Counted from the stretch's first letter, positions 6,171 through 15,952 are shown. The stretch: DNA of 20,000 bases from an uncultured virus (IMG/VR IMGVR_UViG_3300025009_000095) (IMGVR_UViG_3300025009_000095), one strand, 5' to 3'. Program-made: numbers and translations. The notes: a model not told the origin generated them from the letters alone.

Positions 6171-6899
6171 ATGCTCAAAGAACTGCGAACCCAGCACAGA
6201 ACGATCATCCAGATGGTCTTCGCAGGATACAAGAACAACGAAATCGCCGAGCGTCTTGAAATGTCTGCCTGCACAGTCTCTCAAATCGTCCGATCTCCAC
6301 TAGGCCAGGCATACTTGGAAGGCCTCCAAGATAAAGCACAAGAAGCAACTCTAGACGTTCGCAAGAAGCTCGTATCGCTGAACAAGAGTGCCTTAAGTGT
6401 TCTCGAGCGCGTGATGAATCCAGCTGAAAAGGCTCCTCACGTAGTTCAGTTAAATGCAGCCAAAGATGTCCTTGACAGAACAGGCTACAAAGCACCAGAC
6501 AGATTGCATGTTGACATGACAATGCAGACCAAGACAGATGCAGAGATCGAGGCAGAAATCCTGGCCATGCAAGAAAGCATCATGAAGACATATCACCAGG
6601 ACCCGAATCAGCTAGCCGAGCCGAAGAAAACTGTGGACGCAGAAAATGTTACGTTCACTGATGAACACCAAGAACAAGAAGAAGAACTTGACTTAGAACT
6701 CGAACTTGACTTCGCTCTTGAAGTAGAAATTGAAGAAATGGGCTCTTCCGATCAACCTGATAACTTTTCCCAAAACGATAGTAATCAAGATGATTTGTCC
6801 AGCACTTGTAATGCCTCCCGCAATGCACTTAGTCAACTGTCGGAAGAGTCCATTTCTTTGCTCTCTAAAATACCAGCAAACATCTTTCAACCAACGTAA
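6171..6899 (+). CDS. terS: terminase small subunit (HTH) with long acidic C-terminal tail
   Basis: N-terminal HTH (GYKNNEIAERLEMSACTVSQI); QLNAAKDVLDRTGYKAP motif typical of small terminases; directly upstream of TerL. Confidence 0.75.
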   Translation: MLKELRTQHRTIIQMVFAGYKNNEIAERLEMSACTVSQIVRSPLGQAYLEGLQDKAQEATLDVRKKLVSLNKSALSVLERVMNPAEKAPHVVQLNAAKDVLDRTGYKAPDRLHVDMTMQTKTDAEIEAEILAMQESIMKTYHQDPNQLAEPKKTVDAENVTFTDEHQEQEEELDLELELDFALEVEIEEMGSSDQPDNFSQNDSNQDDLSSTCNASRNALSQLSEESISLLSKIPANIFQPT

Positions 6900-6996
6900 G
6901 TCTTACCACCGTACGAATTCGGCCCGCGAATGCGAGGCCGCCTGATTAACTACAAAGACAAAATAAACATACTTACTAAGGTCCTGCCACTACTTA

Positions 6997-8511
6997 ATGC
7001 TTGAGCTAAGTCAAAACATTGTTCCAGCCCATGATCAACCTCTTGAGGACATTTCCCACCTCAATCGTGATCAAAAGGAACAATACCTTAAGCTTCTCAA
7101 GGAAAAATCAATCCGCATCAAACAAAACCGCATCATCCAGTATTATCCTGAAACTGGTCTCCTTTCCCGCCATAACTATCCCAAGCACATGTCCTTCTTT
7201 GCAGCCGGAGCGAACTTTTCCGAACGTTGCATTATGGCTGCCAATCGTATTGGCAAGTCTGAAGGCATTGGTGCGTATGAGATGACACTGCACTTGACAG
7301 GACGCTATCCTGATTGGTGGCAAGGACATAAGTTCACCCAACCTATAACTGCATGGGCATGTGGGACTACAAGCACCACCGCACGAGACATCGTTCAGTT
7401 TAAACTTATAGGTACACCGGAAGAACAAGGCACTGGCCTGATCCCGGAAAAATACATTATTAAAACAACACCTCGTGCTGGTGGTGTTCCTAACGCAGTA
7501 GATACAATTCTCGTGCGGCATATCTCAGGCGGCATCTCTCGCTGCAAGATCAAGTCTTATGCTGAAGGTCGTAAGTCTTTTGAGGGCACTGAGCAAGACA
7601 TAATCTGGCTCGATGAAGAGTGCCCGATGGACATATATACAGAGTGCCTGACCAGGACCATGACGACTAATGGTCGCATCATGCTGACCTTCACACCATT
7701 AGCTGGACTCACGGAAACTGTTCTTCAGTTCATGCCAGAAGGCAAAGTTGAAGACCACCAAGAAGGCAGCAGGTTTCTCATCCAGGCAACCTGGGATGAT
7801 GCCCCGCACTTAACGCAAGCCCAAAAAGACAAACTCTGGGCAGCCCTGCCGCCGCATCAACGTGAAGCAAGGTCTAAAGGTGTTCCTCAACTCGGCGCCG
7901 GTGCAATTTATCCGATTCTTGAAAGTAACATAGTTGTGCAGGACTTTCCAATACCAGATCACTGGCGGCGCGGTTATGCTTTAGATGTGGGTTGGAAGAA
8001 AACTGCATGTATATGGGGGGCTACCGACCCAACAAGTAAAATCACTTTTTTATATTCTGAATACTATCAAGGTCAAGCAGAACCAGTCATTCATGCTGAA
8101 GGCATCAAGGCTCGCGGAGTCTGGATTCCAGGCGTTATAGACAGCGCTGCTCATGGACGTTCACAAGAAGATGGAAAACAATTATTCGATATTTATATGG
8201 CACTTGGTTTAGATATAACAAACGCAAATAAATCAATCGAATCTGGTCTTTATAAAACTTGGCAATTACTCGCAACTAATCAACTGAAGGTATTTGGATC
8301 ATTAGTTAATTGGTTGAGCGAATTTCGTATATATCGTCGGGACGAAAAAGGTCAGATCGTCAAGGATCGCGACCATCTTATGGACTGTACAAGATATTAT
8401 GTTATGTCCGGCCTTGATAGAGCAATACCAAAGCCCTATTGGGAGTTCGAGGCATGGGAAGCAAGTGACCTTTATAATGAATCTGATGCAAACTATGTTA
8501 CAGGATATTAA
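6997..8511 (+). CDS. terL: terminase large subunit, P22 gp2-like
   Basis: Walker A MAANRIGKS, HLTGRYP motif shared with P22 gp2, Walker B IIWLDEE, LTFTP coupling motif, nuclease motifs ALDVGW and DHLMDCTRY. Confidence 0.95.
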   Translation: MLELSQNIVPAHDQPLEDISHLNRDQKEQYLKLLKEKSIRIKQNRIIQYYPETGLLSRHNYPKHMSFFAAGANFSERCIMAANRIGKSEGIGAYEMTLHLTGRYPDWWQGHKFTQPITAWACGTTSTTARDIVQFKLIGTPEEQGTGLIPEKYIIKTTPRAGGVPNAVDTILVRHISGGISRCKIKSYAEGRKSFEGTEQDIIWLDEECPMDIYTECLTRTMTTNGRIMLTFTPLAGLTETVLQFMPEGKVEDHQEGSRFLIQATWDDAPHLTQAQKDKLWAALPPHQREARSKGVPQLGAGAIYPILESNIVVQDFPIPDHWRRGYALDVGWKKTACIWGATDPTSKITFLYSEYYQGQAEPVIHAEGIKARGVWIPGVIDSAAHGRSQEDGKQLFDIYMALGLDITNANKSIESGLYKTWQLLATNQLKVFGSLVNWLSEFRIYRRDEKGQIVKDRDHLMDCTRYYVMSGLDRAIPKPYWEFEAWEASDLYNESDANYVTGY

Positions 8512-8514
8512 GTA

Positions 8515-10686
8515 ATGGCAATCCCAACTTACGAATCCCCTGATCCCGCACAGGTGGCACGCCTGGGCGCTCAAGGAGTGCAAGATGAAACCTTATCACC
8601 TGATTTGGAGTTATCTAATATTGCTGGCAATCCTCCTGTTTGGGCATCTGAGCAACCCGTGGAAGAAATCCTCGCAGAGCAAGCTCAGCCCATAGATCAA
8701 GTAACTGAACAGTTAATTCAGAAGGAAGTTCTTCGCGCAGAGGCCTTAGTCTTAGTAAGCAACATTGCAGACAAGCAGTCCAAAGATGTTCTCTCTGACA
8801 TAACAACCAGGTCTCTTGAAGGTTATAAGATAGATCTAGCTTCACGGACTGAGTGGGAAGAACTCAATAAGCAAATCATTGACCTTGCTAAGCTTCATGT
8901 CAAGAAGAAAACTTATGCTGGCGAAGTCGTAGCAAACGTCAAGTACCCGCTGATTATTAATGCGTGCATGCAATTCGCAAGTCGTGCATACCCAGAGCTG
9001 ATCAAGGGCAACAACGTAGTTCGAGGAAAAGTAATAGGCAATGATCCAACTGGGGCAAAACTTGAGAAGTCTCAGCGCATTAGCGAATTCATGTCTTTCC
9101 AGCTTCTTTCGCATATGGAAGGCTGGGAAGAGGGCGTAGATCAACTTCTCTTCACACTTCCTGCGATTGGTTGTGCGTTCAAGAAGAGTTACTTTGATAG
9201 TATTGAGCGGAAGAACATTTCCTCATTGGTTTTTGCTGATGACCTGGTAGTTAATTACTTTGCTGAATCACTTGAACGTGCTCCACGAGTTACACATAAG
9301 ATTTATCTTTACCATAATGAAATTGTCGAAAGAATAACCTCAGGAACGTTTGTTAAGTTTGACATCAAGGAACTTGGCCAGGCAACGTCAGATAAAACTC
9401 CTGATGTAGATGATGAGACGCCGCATCTGTTTCTTGAGCAGCATCGCTGGTATGATCTAGACAAAGATGGCTATCAAGAGCCTTACATAGTTACCATTCA
9501 TGAAGCAACACAGAAGCTGGTCAGGATTTCTCCTCGCTGGGCGTCTGATGGAGTTATCAGGACGAACAATGATCAGGGCATTCAAGATCCTGATGGAGCA
9601 ATAGTTAAGATCATTCCTGAGCAGTACTTTACGCGCTACTTGTTCATGCCGGCCATTGATGGTGGTTTTTATGGCATGGGCTTTGGCAGCTTGTTGATGA
9701 GCACGAATGCAGCCATCAACACGTTACTTAATCAGCTGATTGACGCAGGAACATTAAGTAATCGTCAGTCAGGGTTTCTTGGGCGTGGCTTACGGTTAGG
9801 TCGCGGCAAATCTATTCAGCTGAAGTCTGGTGAGTGGAAACCAGTTGATGTTACTGGAGATGATCTGCGGAAGAATGTCTTTCCAATGCCAGTCAGAGAA
9901 CCAAGCACAACGTTGTTTCAGTTGCTTGGCTTATTGATTGAAAGTGGTAAAGAACTTGCAGGGATGACTGAGATCTTGTCAGGAAATTCTCCTGGAGCAA
10001 ACGTTCCTGCAGAAAGTGTTCTTGCCCTGATTGAACAAGGCTTACAAGTTTACTCGGCAGTTCATAAGAGAATCCACCGCGCGCAGTACAAGGAATTTGC
10101 AAAGATCAAACGGCTCAATGCTCTTTATCTTGATCAAATGACTTATGGTCTTGTCCTTGATGACCAGCAAGCAATTGTTCAGGCAGACTTCTCGAGTCAT
10201 GACTTTGACATCGAGCCAGTAAGTGATCCGAATGCTACGACAATGGTGCAGAGGCTGCTTAAGGCTAAAGCACTTCTTGATCTTCGTGGAGAAGGTCTTG
10301 ATGATCAGGAGATTTTGCGACGTTACTTGATTGCACTTGATATTGAAGACATTGAAGCATTCTTTCCTGAAGGTGAGAAACCTGAAGAACAATTAGCAAT
10401 GCAGAAACTGCAGCTTGAACTTGAAGAGTTAAAAGCTAAGATTGATAAAATAATGGCTGAAGCTGAAAAGATTCGTGCTGATATTCCAGGTGCACAAGTT
10501 AAACAGGTTAAGGATGTTGCTGGCATAGAGAATGATGCGAGAAAGCTTGACATTGAAGAAAAGTCTGTAGAGAATCAAATTGAGCTTGGTAGAACTCAGA
10601 TGAGTTTAGGTAAAGCACCAGGTGGCTTGAAAGAAAGTACAATGAAAAGAGAGTACTGGTTAGAGACTAACAATAAGGAGAAATGA
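8515..10686 (+). CDS. portal protein
   Basis: 723 aa directly after TerL; FYGMGFG...NQLIDAGTLSN and PVREPS motifs of podovirus-type portals; C-terminal coiled coil. Confidence 0.88.
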   Translation: MAIPTYESPDPAQVARLGAQGVQDETLSPDLELSNIAGNPPVWASEQPVEEILAEQAQPIDQVTEQLIQKEVLRAEALVLVSNIADKQSKDVLSDITTRSLEGYKIDLASRTEWEELNKQIIDLAKLHVKKKTYAGEVVANVKYPLIINACMQFASRAYPELIKGNNVVRGKVIGNDPTGAKLEKSQRISEFMSFQLLSHMEGWEEGVDQLLFTLPAIGCAFKKSYFDSIERKNISSLVFADDLVVNYFAESLERAPRVTHKIYLYHNEIVERITSGTFVKFDIKELGQATSDKTPDVDDETPHLFLEQHRWYDLDKDGYQEPYIVTIHEATQKLVRISPRWASDGVIRTNNDQGIQDPDGAIVKIIPEQYFTRYLFMPAIDGGFYGMGFGSLLMSTNAAINTLLNQLIDAGTLSNRQSGFLGRGLRLGRGKSIQLKSGEWKPVDVTGDDLRKNVFPMPVREPSTTLFQLLGLLIESGKELAGMTEILSGNSPGANVPAESVLALIEQGLQVYSAVHKRIHRAQYKEFAKIKRLNALYLDQMTYGLVLDDQQAIVQADFSSHDFDIEPVSDPNATTMVQRLLKAKALLDLRGEGLDDQEILRRYLIALDIEDIEAFFPEGEKPEEQLAMQKLQLELEELKAKIDKIMAEAEKIRADIPGAQVKQVKDVAGIENDARKLDIEEKSVENQIELGRTQMSLGKAPGGLKESTMKREYWLETNNKEK

Positions 10687-10687
10687 T

Positions 10688-10897
10688 ATGGAAGAGTATC
10701 AAGAAAGAGTTTTAGTTGAACAAAAAGAACTTGGTGAAAAGATTATTAAGTTAACTACATTTCTTATAAATGCTGAGAAAATGAAAGTTTTGGGAGAGCA
10801 GGAATGGAAACAACTTAATCTTCAACTTGAAGCAATGCTTGAATATCATTTAATATTAATAATTAGAATAAGAAATTATAGGGAGCCCCTTCAATGA
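10688..10897 (+). CDS. small coiled-coil protein, crAss001_48-like family
   Basis: YQERV..EQKEL.EKI.KL..F...QL.AM.EY..IL..RI pattern (from recall); SD AAGGAG. Confidence 0.6.
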   Translation: MEEYQERVLVEQKELGEKIIKLTTFLINAEKMKVLGEQEWKQLNLQLEAMLEYHLILIIRIRNYREPLQ

Positions 10898-11148
10898 TAA
10901 GCGCTGAACAGTTTGCAGAATGGAAAACACATCCAGTGACGAAAGAGATTTTTGGTGAAATTGAGCAGGTTAAAAAAGAGCTTGTAGCTCAAATGATTCA
11001 TGGAAGCACTATTGGATATACTGCAGAAGAAACTCATGGTATGACTCATCATATGATTGGGCATATAGAAGGACTTGATCAGCTGTTAAATATTTCTTAT
11101 GCGAACGAAAAAGTTGTTGATGAAGTAAGCGATCAGAGTGGGTATTAA
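10894..11148 (+). CDS. conserved head-module hypothetical protein
   Basis: 84 aa; F.EWK.HPVT motif often seen after portals of this type; ATGA overlap with upstream gene. Confidence 0.7.
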   Translation: MISAEQFAEWKTHPVTKEIFGEIEQVKKELVAQMIHGSTIGYTAEETHGMTHHMIGHIEGLDQLLNISYANEKVVDEVSDQSGY

Positions 11149-11149
11149 T

Positions 11150-11356
11150 ATGCTTGATACTGATTTAATAACTCATGATGTTGCAGCATTTAATATTTTT
11201 CTTATTGGTGAAATGCTTGGTATTGAAGTTCCAGTAAATGAAAAACAAACAGAAATATTTTTAACTGCAATTAAAGAAAGAATTAAGGCACAGCAAAAGC
11301 AAATTAAGAATGTTAAAGAGTTTAAAGCTGCGTTAGATAACTTGAGATATTTATAA
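11150..11356 (+). CDS. hypothetical protein
   Basis: ATG at 11150 right after the upstream stop; AT-rich; C-terminal coiled coil. Confidence 0.6.
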   Translation: MLDTDLITHDVAAFNIFLIGEMLGIEVPVNEKQTEIFLTAIKERIKAQQKQIKNVKEFKAALDNLRYL

Positions 11357-11388
11357 TAAGAATAACAATTATTTAAAAGGGTAATATT

Positions 11389-11715
11389 ATGCAAGAACAA
11401 GACATTAATCAATCAGGGATCTTGCCTACTGGTGGGCACCTGCTAGTCCTTCCTGATAAGGTTGAGGAAAAGACTGCTGGCGGAATTTACCTGCCTCAGA
11501 CTACACGTGACAAGGAGCAACTTGCTGCTACAGTTGGAAGGTTGATTGCAGTTGGGCCTGGTGCCTGGACTGATCTTGATGATGGACAACCATGGGCTAT
11601 AGTAGGCGACAAGGTCAGTTATGCTAGGCATGCTGGAGTTGCGATGACTGGTCAAGATGGTCAAGATTACGTATTGATTAATGATAATGATGTACTTGCA
11701 AAATTACTTTTTTAA
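11389..11715 (+). CDS. groES: co-chaperonin GroES (Cpn10) homolog
   Basis: ILPTGGHLLVLP, mobile loop EEKTAGGIYLP, G.LIAVGPG, VGDKVSY, YVLINDNDVLA. Confidence 0.92.
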   Translation: MQEQDINQSGILPTGGHLLVLPDKVEEKTAGGIYLPQTTRDKEQLAATVGRLIAVGPGAWTDLDDGQPWAIVGDKVSYARHAGVAMTGQDGQDYVLINDNDVLAKLLF

Positions 11716-11727
11716 ATAGAGGTTATC

Positions 11728-12660
11728 ATGGCAGAAGAATTTATTAATGACATTATTGCGGCAGAGCCAGCAGTAACAACTGTTGCTCCTCCTGATCCAG
11801 CTACTGTTAAGGCTCCTGAGAAGCAAGAGGATGCTGAGGCTAGCAAGGCTACGAATGTGGGCGGAGCCCACCCGATTCCAGCTAAGACTGAGGAAGCTTC
11901 TGGTAATGAGCTGCCTGGTGTTAAGGAACTGGCTGCACAGCTTGGTTGGCGTGAAGATCATCAGGGTGAAGATGCTGTTGATGCTGTGACTTATATTTTG
12001 AGATCGAAAGATATTCAAAAATCTATGAGTCAGCATAATAAGGACTTGAAGGAACAGCTTCAGACTTTGAATGGTTCTGTTGAAGCATTGAAGAAACATA
12101 ATGAAACTGTTTATAAGGCAGAGGTAAAGAAGCTTGAGGCTGAAGTTGCTGTACTGAAGAAGGAACGTAAAAGTGCTATTGAGTTGGCTGATGTTGATAA
12201 GGTTGAAGAACTTGATAAGCAGATTGATGAGTTGCAAAAAGATATTGCTGCACCGAAAGTTGAAGAGAAAAAAACAAGTTCTACTAATGATAATCCTGCT
12301 TATGATGTATGGATAAAGGATAATCAGTGGTATTTGAAAGATGATGAAATGGCAAAGTTTGCTGATAGTGTTGCTCAGCAATATGTTGGAGCGCCGCTTG
12401 ATCGACTTTATAAAATAGTCAGAACTAAGGTACAGGAAGTTTTTCCTGATAAGTTTGAAGTAGTTAAACCAGCTAGTCAAGTTAAATCTCCTATAGGGCC
12501 TAAGAGTCCTGTTGAAGGATCTTCTGCAAAAGGAAATAGTGCTACTTTTACTAAGGCTGATTTGACTCCTGCTCAAATTAATATTATGAATCAGTTTGCT
12601 AGACTTAATATTATGAGCGAAGAAGCCTATATTAATGATGTTGCAAAGATGCAAGAATAG
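11728..12660 (+). CDS. probable capsid scaffolding protein
   Basis: 310 aa; acidic/Pro-rich N-terminus, LGW motif, long coiled coil, W..DN.WY motif; lies upstream of the capsid genes. Confidence 0.7.
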   Translation: MAEEFINDIIAAEPAVTTVAPPDPATVKAPEKQEDAEASKATNVGGAHPIPAKTEEASGNELPGVKELAAQLGWREDHQGEDAVDAVTYILRSKDIQKSMSQHNKDLKEQLQTLNGSVEALKKHNETVYKAEVKKLEAEVAVLKKERKSAIELADVDKVEELDKQIDELQKDIAAPKVEEKKTSSTNDNPAYDVWIKDNQWYLKDDEMAKFADSVAQQYVGAPLDRLYKIVRTKVQEVFPDKFEVVKPASQVKSPIGPKSPVEGSSAKGNSATFTKADLTPAQINIMNQFARLNIMSEEAYINDVAKMQE

Positions 12661-12671
12661 GAGATACGAGA

Positions 12672-13100
12672 ATGGCTGAGCAAGCAAATGCACAAGTAAA
12701 TGAAAAACCTAAGAGTGTTAATGGTGAGCAACCAAGAAAAAGAATTCCTCTTGGTACACGGAATATCTTAACTGCACCGAAAAAGCCCGGATTCGTGCGC
12801 CGGTTTGTGAATGACAAGGGTGATAGGGTTGAGAATTTTAAAGCTGCTGGTTGGAATCTCGTTGATGAAGCAGTTCAGGTTGGTGATTCGAAGATTGGAC
12901 GGGCTTCTTCTACTGGGAGTCTTGTGAATCCTCATGTTGGTGGTGGTCAACGAGCTGTGTTGATGGAGATTCCAGAAAATCTTTATAATGAAGATCGAGC
13001 AGCATCGCAAGCAGCGATTACTAGGGTTGAGAATGAGATTAAGAGAAACTCAAAAACTCCTGGTAAGGATGGTTTAGGTGGAGAAATAAGTATTTCATAA
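12672..13100 (+). CDS. conserved head-module protein
   Basis: 142 aa; PGFVRRFVND...GW..V...LMEIPE pattern seen between scaffold and capsid genes in this phage type; SD AGGAG. Confidence 0.7.
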   Translation: MAEQANAQVNEKPKSVNGEQPRKRIPLGTRNILTAPKKPGFVRRFVNDKGDRVENFKAAGWNLVDEAVQVGDSKIGRASSTGSLVNPHVGGGQRAVLMEIPENLYNEDRAASQAAITRVENEIKRNSKTPGKDGLGGEISIS

Positions 13101-13126
13101 ATTGTTAACATTAATGGAGTTATATT

Positions 13127-13717
13127 ATGGCAAATCTTGATACTCCATTCGGGTTTAAACCAGTTAAGCATTTACTGGGTACTCCCTGGAATGGAAAGAC
13201 TAATGTTTATTATGTTCCTAGTACTGATGGGACTGCAATTTTTAAAGGTGATGCAGTTAAAGGTGCTGGTTCTGCTGATGCTACTGGTAAGTTTCCTTCG
13301 GTAGCACAGGCTGCTGCTGGTGATCTTATTCGTGGTGTTGTTGTTGGTTTTGGTGATAATCCTTATACGATGCTTCATCCTGATACACCGAATCGCGATT
13401 ATCGCCCTGCGTCAACTGCTATGTATGTTTTTGTAGTTGATGATCCGTTTGTTATTTTTGAAATTCAGGAAGATAGTACTGGTAATAATCTTGCTGCTGC
13501 TCAGGTAGGTCTTTCTGCGAATGTTGTTGTAGGAACTGGCAGTACTGCTACTGGTAAGAGTGCAATGGAACTTGATTCAAGTGATACTGCTACTGATACT
13601 ACTGGTCAGTGCAAGATTTTGCGTGTCGTTGATCGTGAAGATAATGCACTTGGAACAAATTGCAAATGGGAAGTTCTCATTGTTGAGCATGAATTGTTAG
13701 TCGCAACTGACGTATAA
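13127..13717 (+). CDS. probable capsid cement/decoration protein
   Basis: 196 aa; MAN.D.PFGF.P start and V.DDP..IFEIQ motif; beta-rich; directly upstream of the major capsid gene. Confidence 0.65.
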   Translation: MANLDTPFGFKPVKHLLGTPWNGKTNVYYVPSTDGTAIFKGDAVKGAGSADATGKFPSVAQAAAGDLIRGVVVGFGDNPYTMLHPDTPNRDYRPASTAMYVFVVDDPFVIFEIQEDSTGNNLAAAQVGLSANVVVGTGSTATGKSAMELDSSDTATDTTGQCKILRVVDREDNALGTNCKWEVLIVEHELLVATDV

Positions 13718-13728
13718 GGAGATTACTG

Positions 13729-14652
13729 ATGGGAATTATTACTACTAGCAATTTTGCTAAAGATTTGGTACCAGGTGTAAAGACCTGGTTTGGGCAGAAA
13801 TATAAAGAGTATCCAATTGAGTATCTGGATATCTTTGAGAAAGGAACTTCGACGAAGGCTTTTGAAGAAGAGGTTGGAGTTACTGGTTTTGGTCTTGCTG
13901 CGGTTAAAACTGAGGGTGCGGGCGTTGCTTATGATGATCAGGAGCAAGGCTTTGTAAGTCGTTATACGCATATTACGTATGGTCTTGGTTTTATCATTAC
14001 TCGTGAGATGTATGAGGATGGTATTGCGGTGACTGTTGCGCTGCGAAGGGCAAGTGCTCTTGCTTTTTCTATTCGGCAGACTAAGGAAATGGTTGGTGCG
14101 AATGTTCTTAATCGTGCATTTACTTCTACTTATACTATGGGTTCTAATTCTGATGGTAAGGAGCTTTGTGCTACTGATCATCCGAATAAGTCTGGTGGTA
14201 CTTGGAGTAATGAACTTGCTACTGCTGCCGATTTGAGTGAAGCTGCTTTGGAACAAGCTTGTATTGATATTGGTGCTTTTAAGACTGACCGGGGTTTGAC
14301 GATTGCTATTATGCCCCAGAAACTGATTATTCCTTCTGCGCTTGAGTTTGATGCGTTTAGGATTCTTGAGTCGATTGGGCAGTCTGGATCGGCTAATAAT
14401 GATATTAATGCTTTGAGAGCTTCTAAGAAGTTCCCGCAGGGTGTTAAGGTTAATCATTATCTGACTGATGCTGATGCGTGGTTTATTGGGACTAATTGTC
14501 CTGATGGGCTCAAGTACATGGAACGGCGTGCTGATGCATTTGGAACTGAGAATGACTTTGATACTGAGAATGCAAAGTTTAAAGCTACGTTCCGTGGAAG
14601 TTTTGGTTGGTCTGATCCGCGAGGAATTTTTGGTTCTCCTGGTGCAGCATAA
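13729..14652 (+). CDS. major capsid protein (HK97 fold)
   Basis: 307 aa; KDLVPGVKTWFG, AFEEEV..TGFG.A.VK.EG, DGKELCATDHP, NHYLTD.DAWF, FGWSDPRGIFGSPGA motifs; strong codon bias. Confidence 0.9.
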   Translation: MGIITTSNFAKDLVPGVKTWFGQKYKEYPIEYLDIFEKGTSTKAFEEEVGVTGFGLAAVKTEGAGVAYDDQEQGFVSRYTHITYGLGFIITREMYEDGIAVTVALRRASALAFSIRQTKEMVGANVLNRAFTSTYTMGSNSDGKELCATDHPNKSGGTWSNELATAADLSEAALEQACIDIGAFKTDRGLTIAIMPQKLIIPSALEFDAFRILESIGQSGSANNDINALRASKKFPQGVKVNHYLTDADAWFIGTNCPDGLKYMERRADAFGTENDFDTENAKFKATFRGSFGWSDPRGIFGSPGAA

Positions 14653-14698
14653 TAAACTTGGCGTTCATAATTGAACAACCAAACTAATTTTAATACTG

Positions 14699-14726
14699 GC
14701 GTTGGTAGGACCCAATCTACCAACGC
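14699..14726 (+). other. stem-loop after the capsid gene (mRNA stabiliser or attenuator)
   Basis: gcgttggtag-N8-ctaccaacgc perfect 10-bp stem, no U-tract. Confidence 0.6.
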
Positions 14727-14749
14727 TGCTCTAAACAAGGAGTGGTAAA

Positions 14750-15154
14750 ATGGGAAAGTATTCTTTTGGTAAAAATGGTCCTACATTCAATGGTGCTTCA
14801 ATAGCTCCTGCATTTAATTCAGTTACTACTACTGCAACTCCTGCTACAGGTTCCTGTGCAGTTCAATTTGTTTTCAAAGATGTTAATGGCAATGCTCTTA
14901 TTGCTCCTGTTTCTGGGTTGCTTTATTTAAGTGAAGTAGCTACTGGACTGACAAATGATTTGGCTGATACGACTTTAGCTGTATTGACTAATGGTGCACT
15001 TAAGAATCTTGGTAGTGCTGGTCCAAGTTTGTTTACTACTACTGCTGCCGGATTATTAGGTCTTACTATTACTGCGGTTGCTGATAGTTATTGGGTTGTT
15101 TTTGTTAAACCTGATGGTTCTCTTTTGATATCTGATGTTTGTACTGTAAATTAA
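14750..15154 (+). CDS. probable virion structural (head decoration) protein
   Basis: 134 aa, T/G/A/V-rich beta-type composition; SD AAGGAG; follows the capsid gene. Confidence 0.6.
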   Translation: MGKYSFGKNGPTFNGASIAPAFNSVTTTATPATGSCAVQFVFKDVNGNALIAPVSGLLYLSEVATGLTNDLADTTLAVLTNGALKNLGSAGPSLFTTTAAGLLGLTITAVADSYWVVFVKPDGSLLISDVCTVN

Positions 15155-15166
15155 TTCAAGTATATT

Positions 15167-15206
15167 AAAGTCCATAGTAATAGATTAATAATTACTATGG
15201 GCTTTT
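15167..15206 (+). terminator. probable Rho-independent terminator
   Basis: aaagtccatagtaat-N9-attactatgggcttt stem ending in a T-run. Confidence 0.6.
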
Positions 15207-15215
15207 GGAGGAATC

Positions 15216-15524
15216 ATGAGAGCAAAAACACTAATAGCGCCAACAGAAGCTGCTGCAAAAAAGATATTAATTATTGATAGTTTAAATCTTAATGGATCAA
15301 TTTCTATTGTAGGACTTGTTACTACTGAAAGTGTTGCTATTGAGATTCCTAAAGTAGAAAATCCCGACGTAAGTACTGATACTGATTGGACACCACTTGT
15401 TTATGATGGGACTACTTATGTTTTAGATGTAGATAATAATAGGAGAAGTATTCCTTTTCGTGGGACATATAGAATTTCTAAGCCTGCAAGTAATGGTAAT
15501 GCATTTGGAATAGGGTTTGAATAA
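15216..15524 (+). CDS. hypothetical, probably structural, beta-rich protein
   Basis: 102 aa; SD GGAGG; TAATG coupling to the next gene. Confidence 0.7.
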   Translation: MRAKTLIAPTEAAAKKILIIDSLNLNGSISIVGLVTTESVAIEIPKVENPDVSTDTDWTPLVYDGTTYVLDVDNNRRSIPFRGTYRISKPASNGNAFGIGFE

Positions 15525-15949
15525 TGTTTAGCTCGCCATTTATAAATCCATTTAATAGTCCTTTTATAGGATTGAATCGGTATGGGAGTTCTTACGCCAC
15601 AACCTTCGGTAGTTATGCAGCGGTGCCCCTTGATACGGTTGTTATGTCGAGGACTATTCAGACACAGGCAACAGGCGCAATCAGCATCACGGCGGACCTG
15701 TCCGGGACCGGAGAATATCAGATTAACGGGGGGCTGTGGACTTCGGCTCCGGGGACTGTTGTCCCAGGAGACTTGATACGGGCGAGGCTGACCAGCTCGG
15801 CGCTGTATGAAACGTTGTCTGCCCTTGAGATAACCATTGATGGTGTTGCTGATACGTTCAGCGTGACGACCGTAGTGGAGAGCATTGACCTGTTCGCGCA
15901 CTATACTGGTGAAGAGAACTACACCGATACCAACCATTATACGGATTAA
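15524..15949 (+). CDS. protein with N-terminal xPF repeats and an Ig/cadherin-like beta-sandwich
   Basis: SPF-INPF-NSPF N-terminus; EYQINGG.WTSAPGTV..GD.IRARLTSS..Y.T.....TIDGVADTFSVTT resembles repeats of bacterial surface proteins; YT-repeat tail. Confidence 0.6.
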   Translation: MFSSPFINPFNSPFIGLNRYGSSYATTFGSYAAVPLDTVVMSRTIQTQATGAISITADLSGTGEYQINGGLWTSAPGTVVPGDLIRARLTSSALYETLSALEITIDGVADTFSVTTVVESIDLFAHYTGEENYTDTNHYTD

Positions 15950-15952
15950 GAT

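Noticed and set aside
6905..6945. GC-rich patch between terS and terL as a tRNA/ncRNA
   Set aside because: Only a short hairpin (ggcc-cgc-gaat-gcg-a-ggcc); no cloverleaf or T-loop
11704..12693. 329-aa minus-strand ORF (also 13723..14457 and other antisense ORFs over the structural genes)
   Set aside because: Antisense shadows of strongly codon-biased scaffold and capsid genes; unnatural composition and no SD
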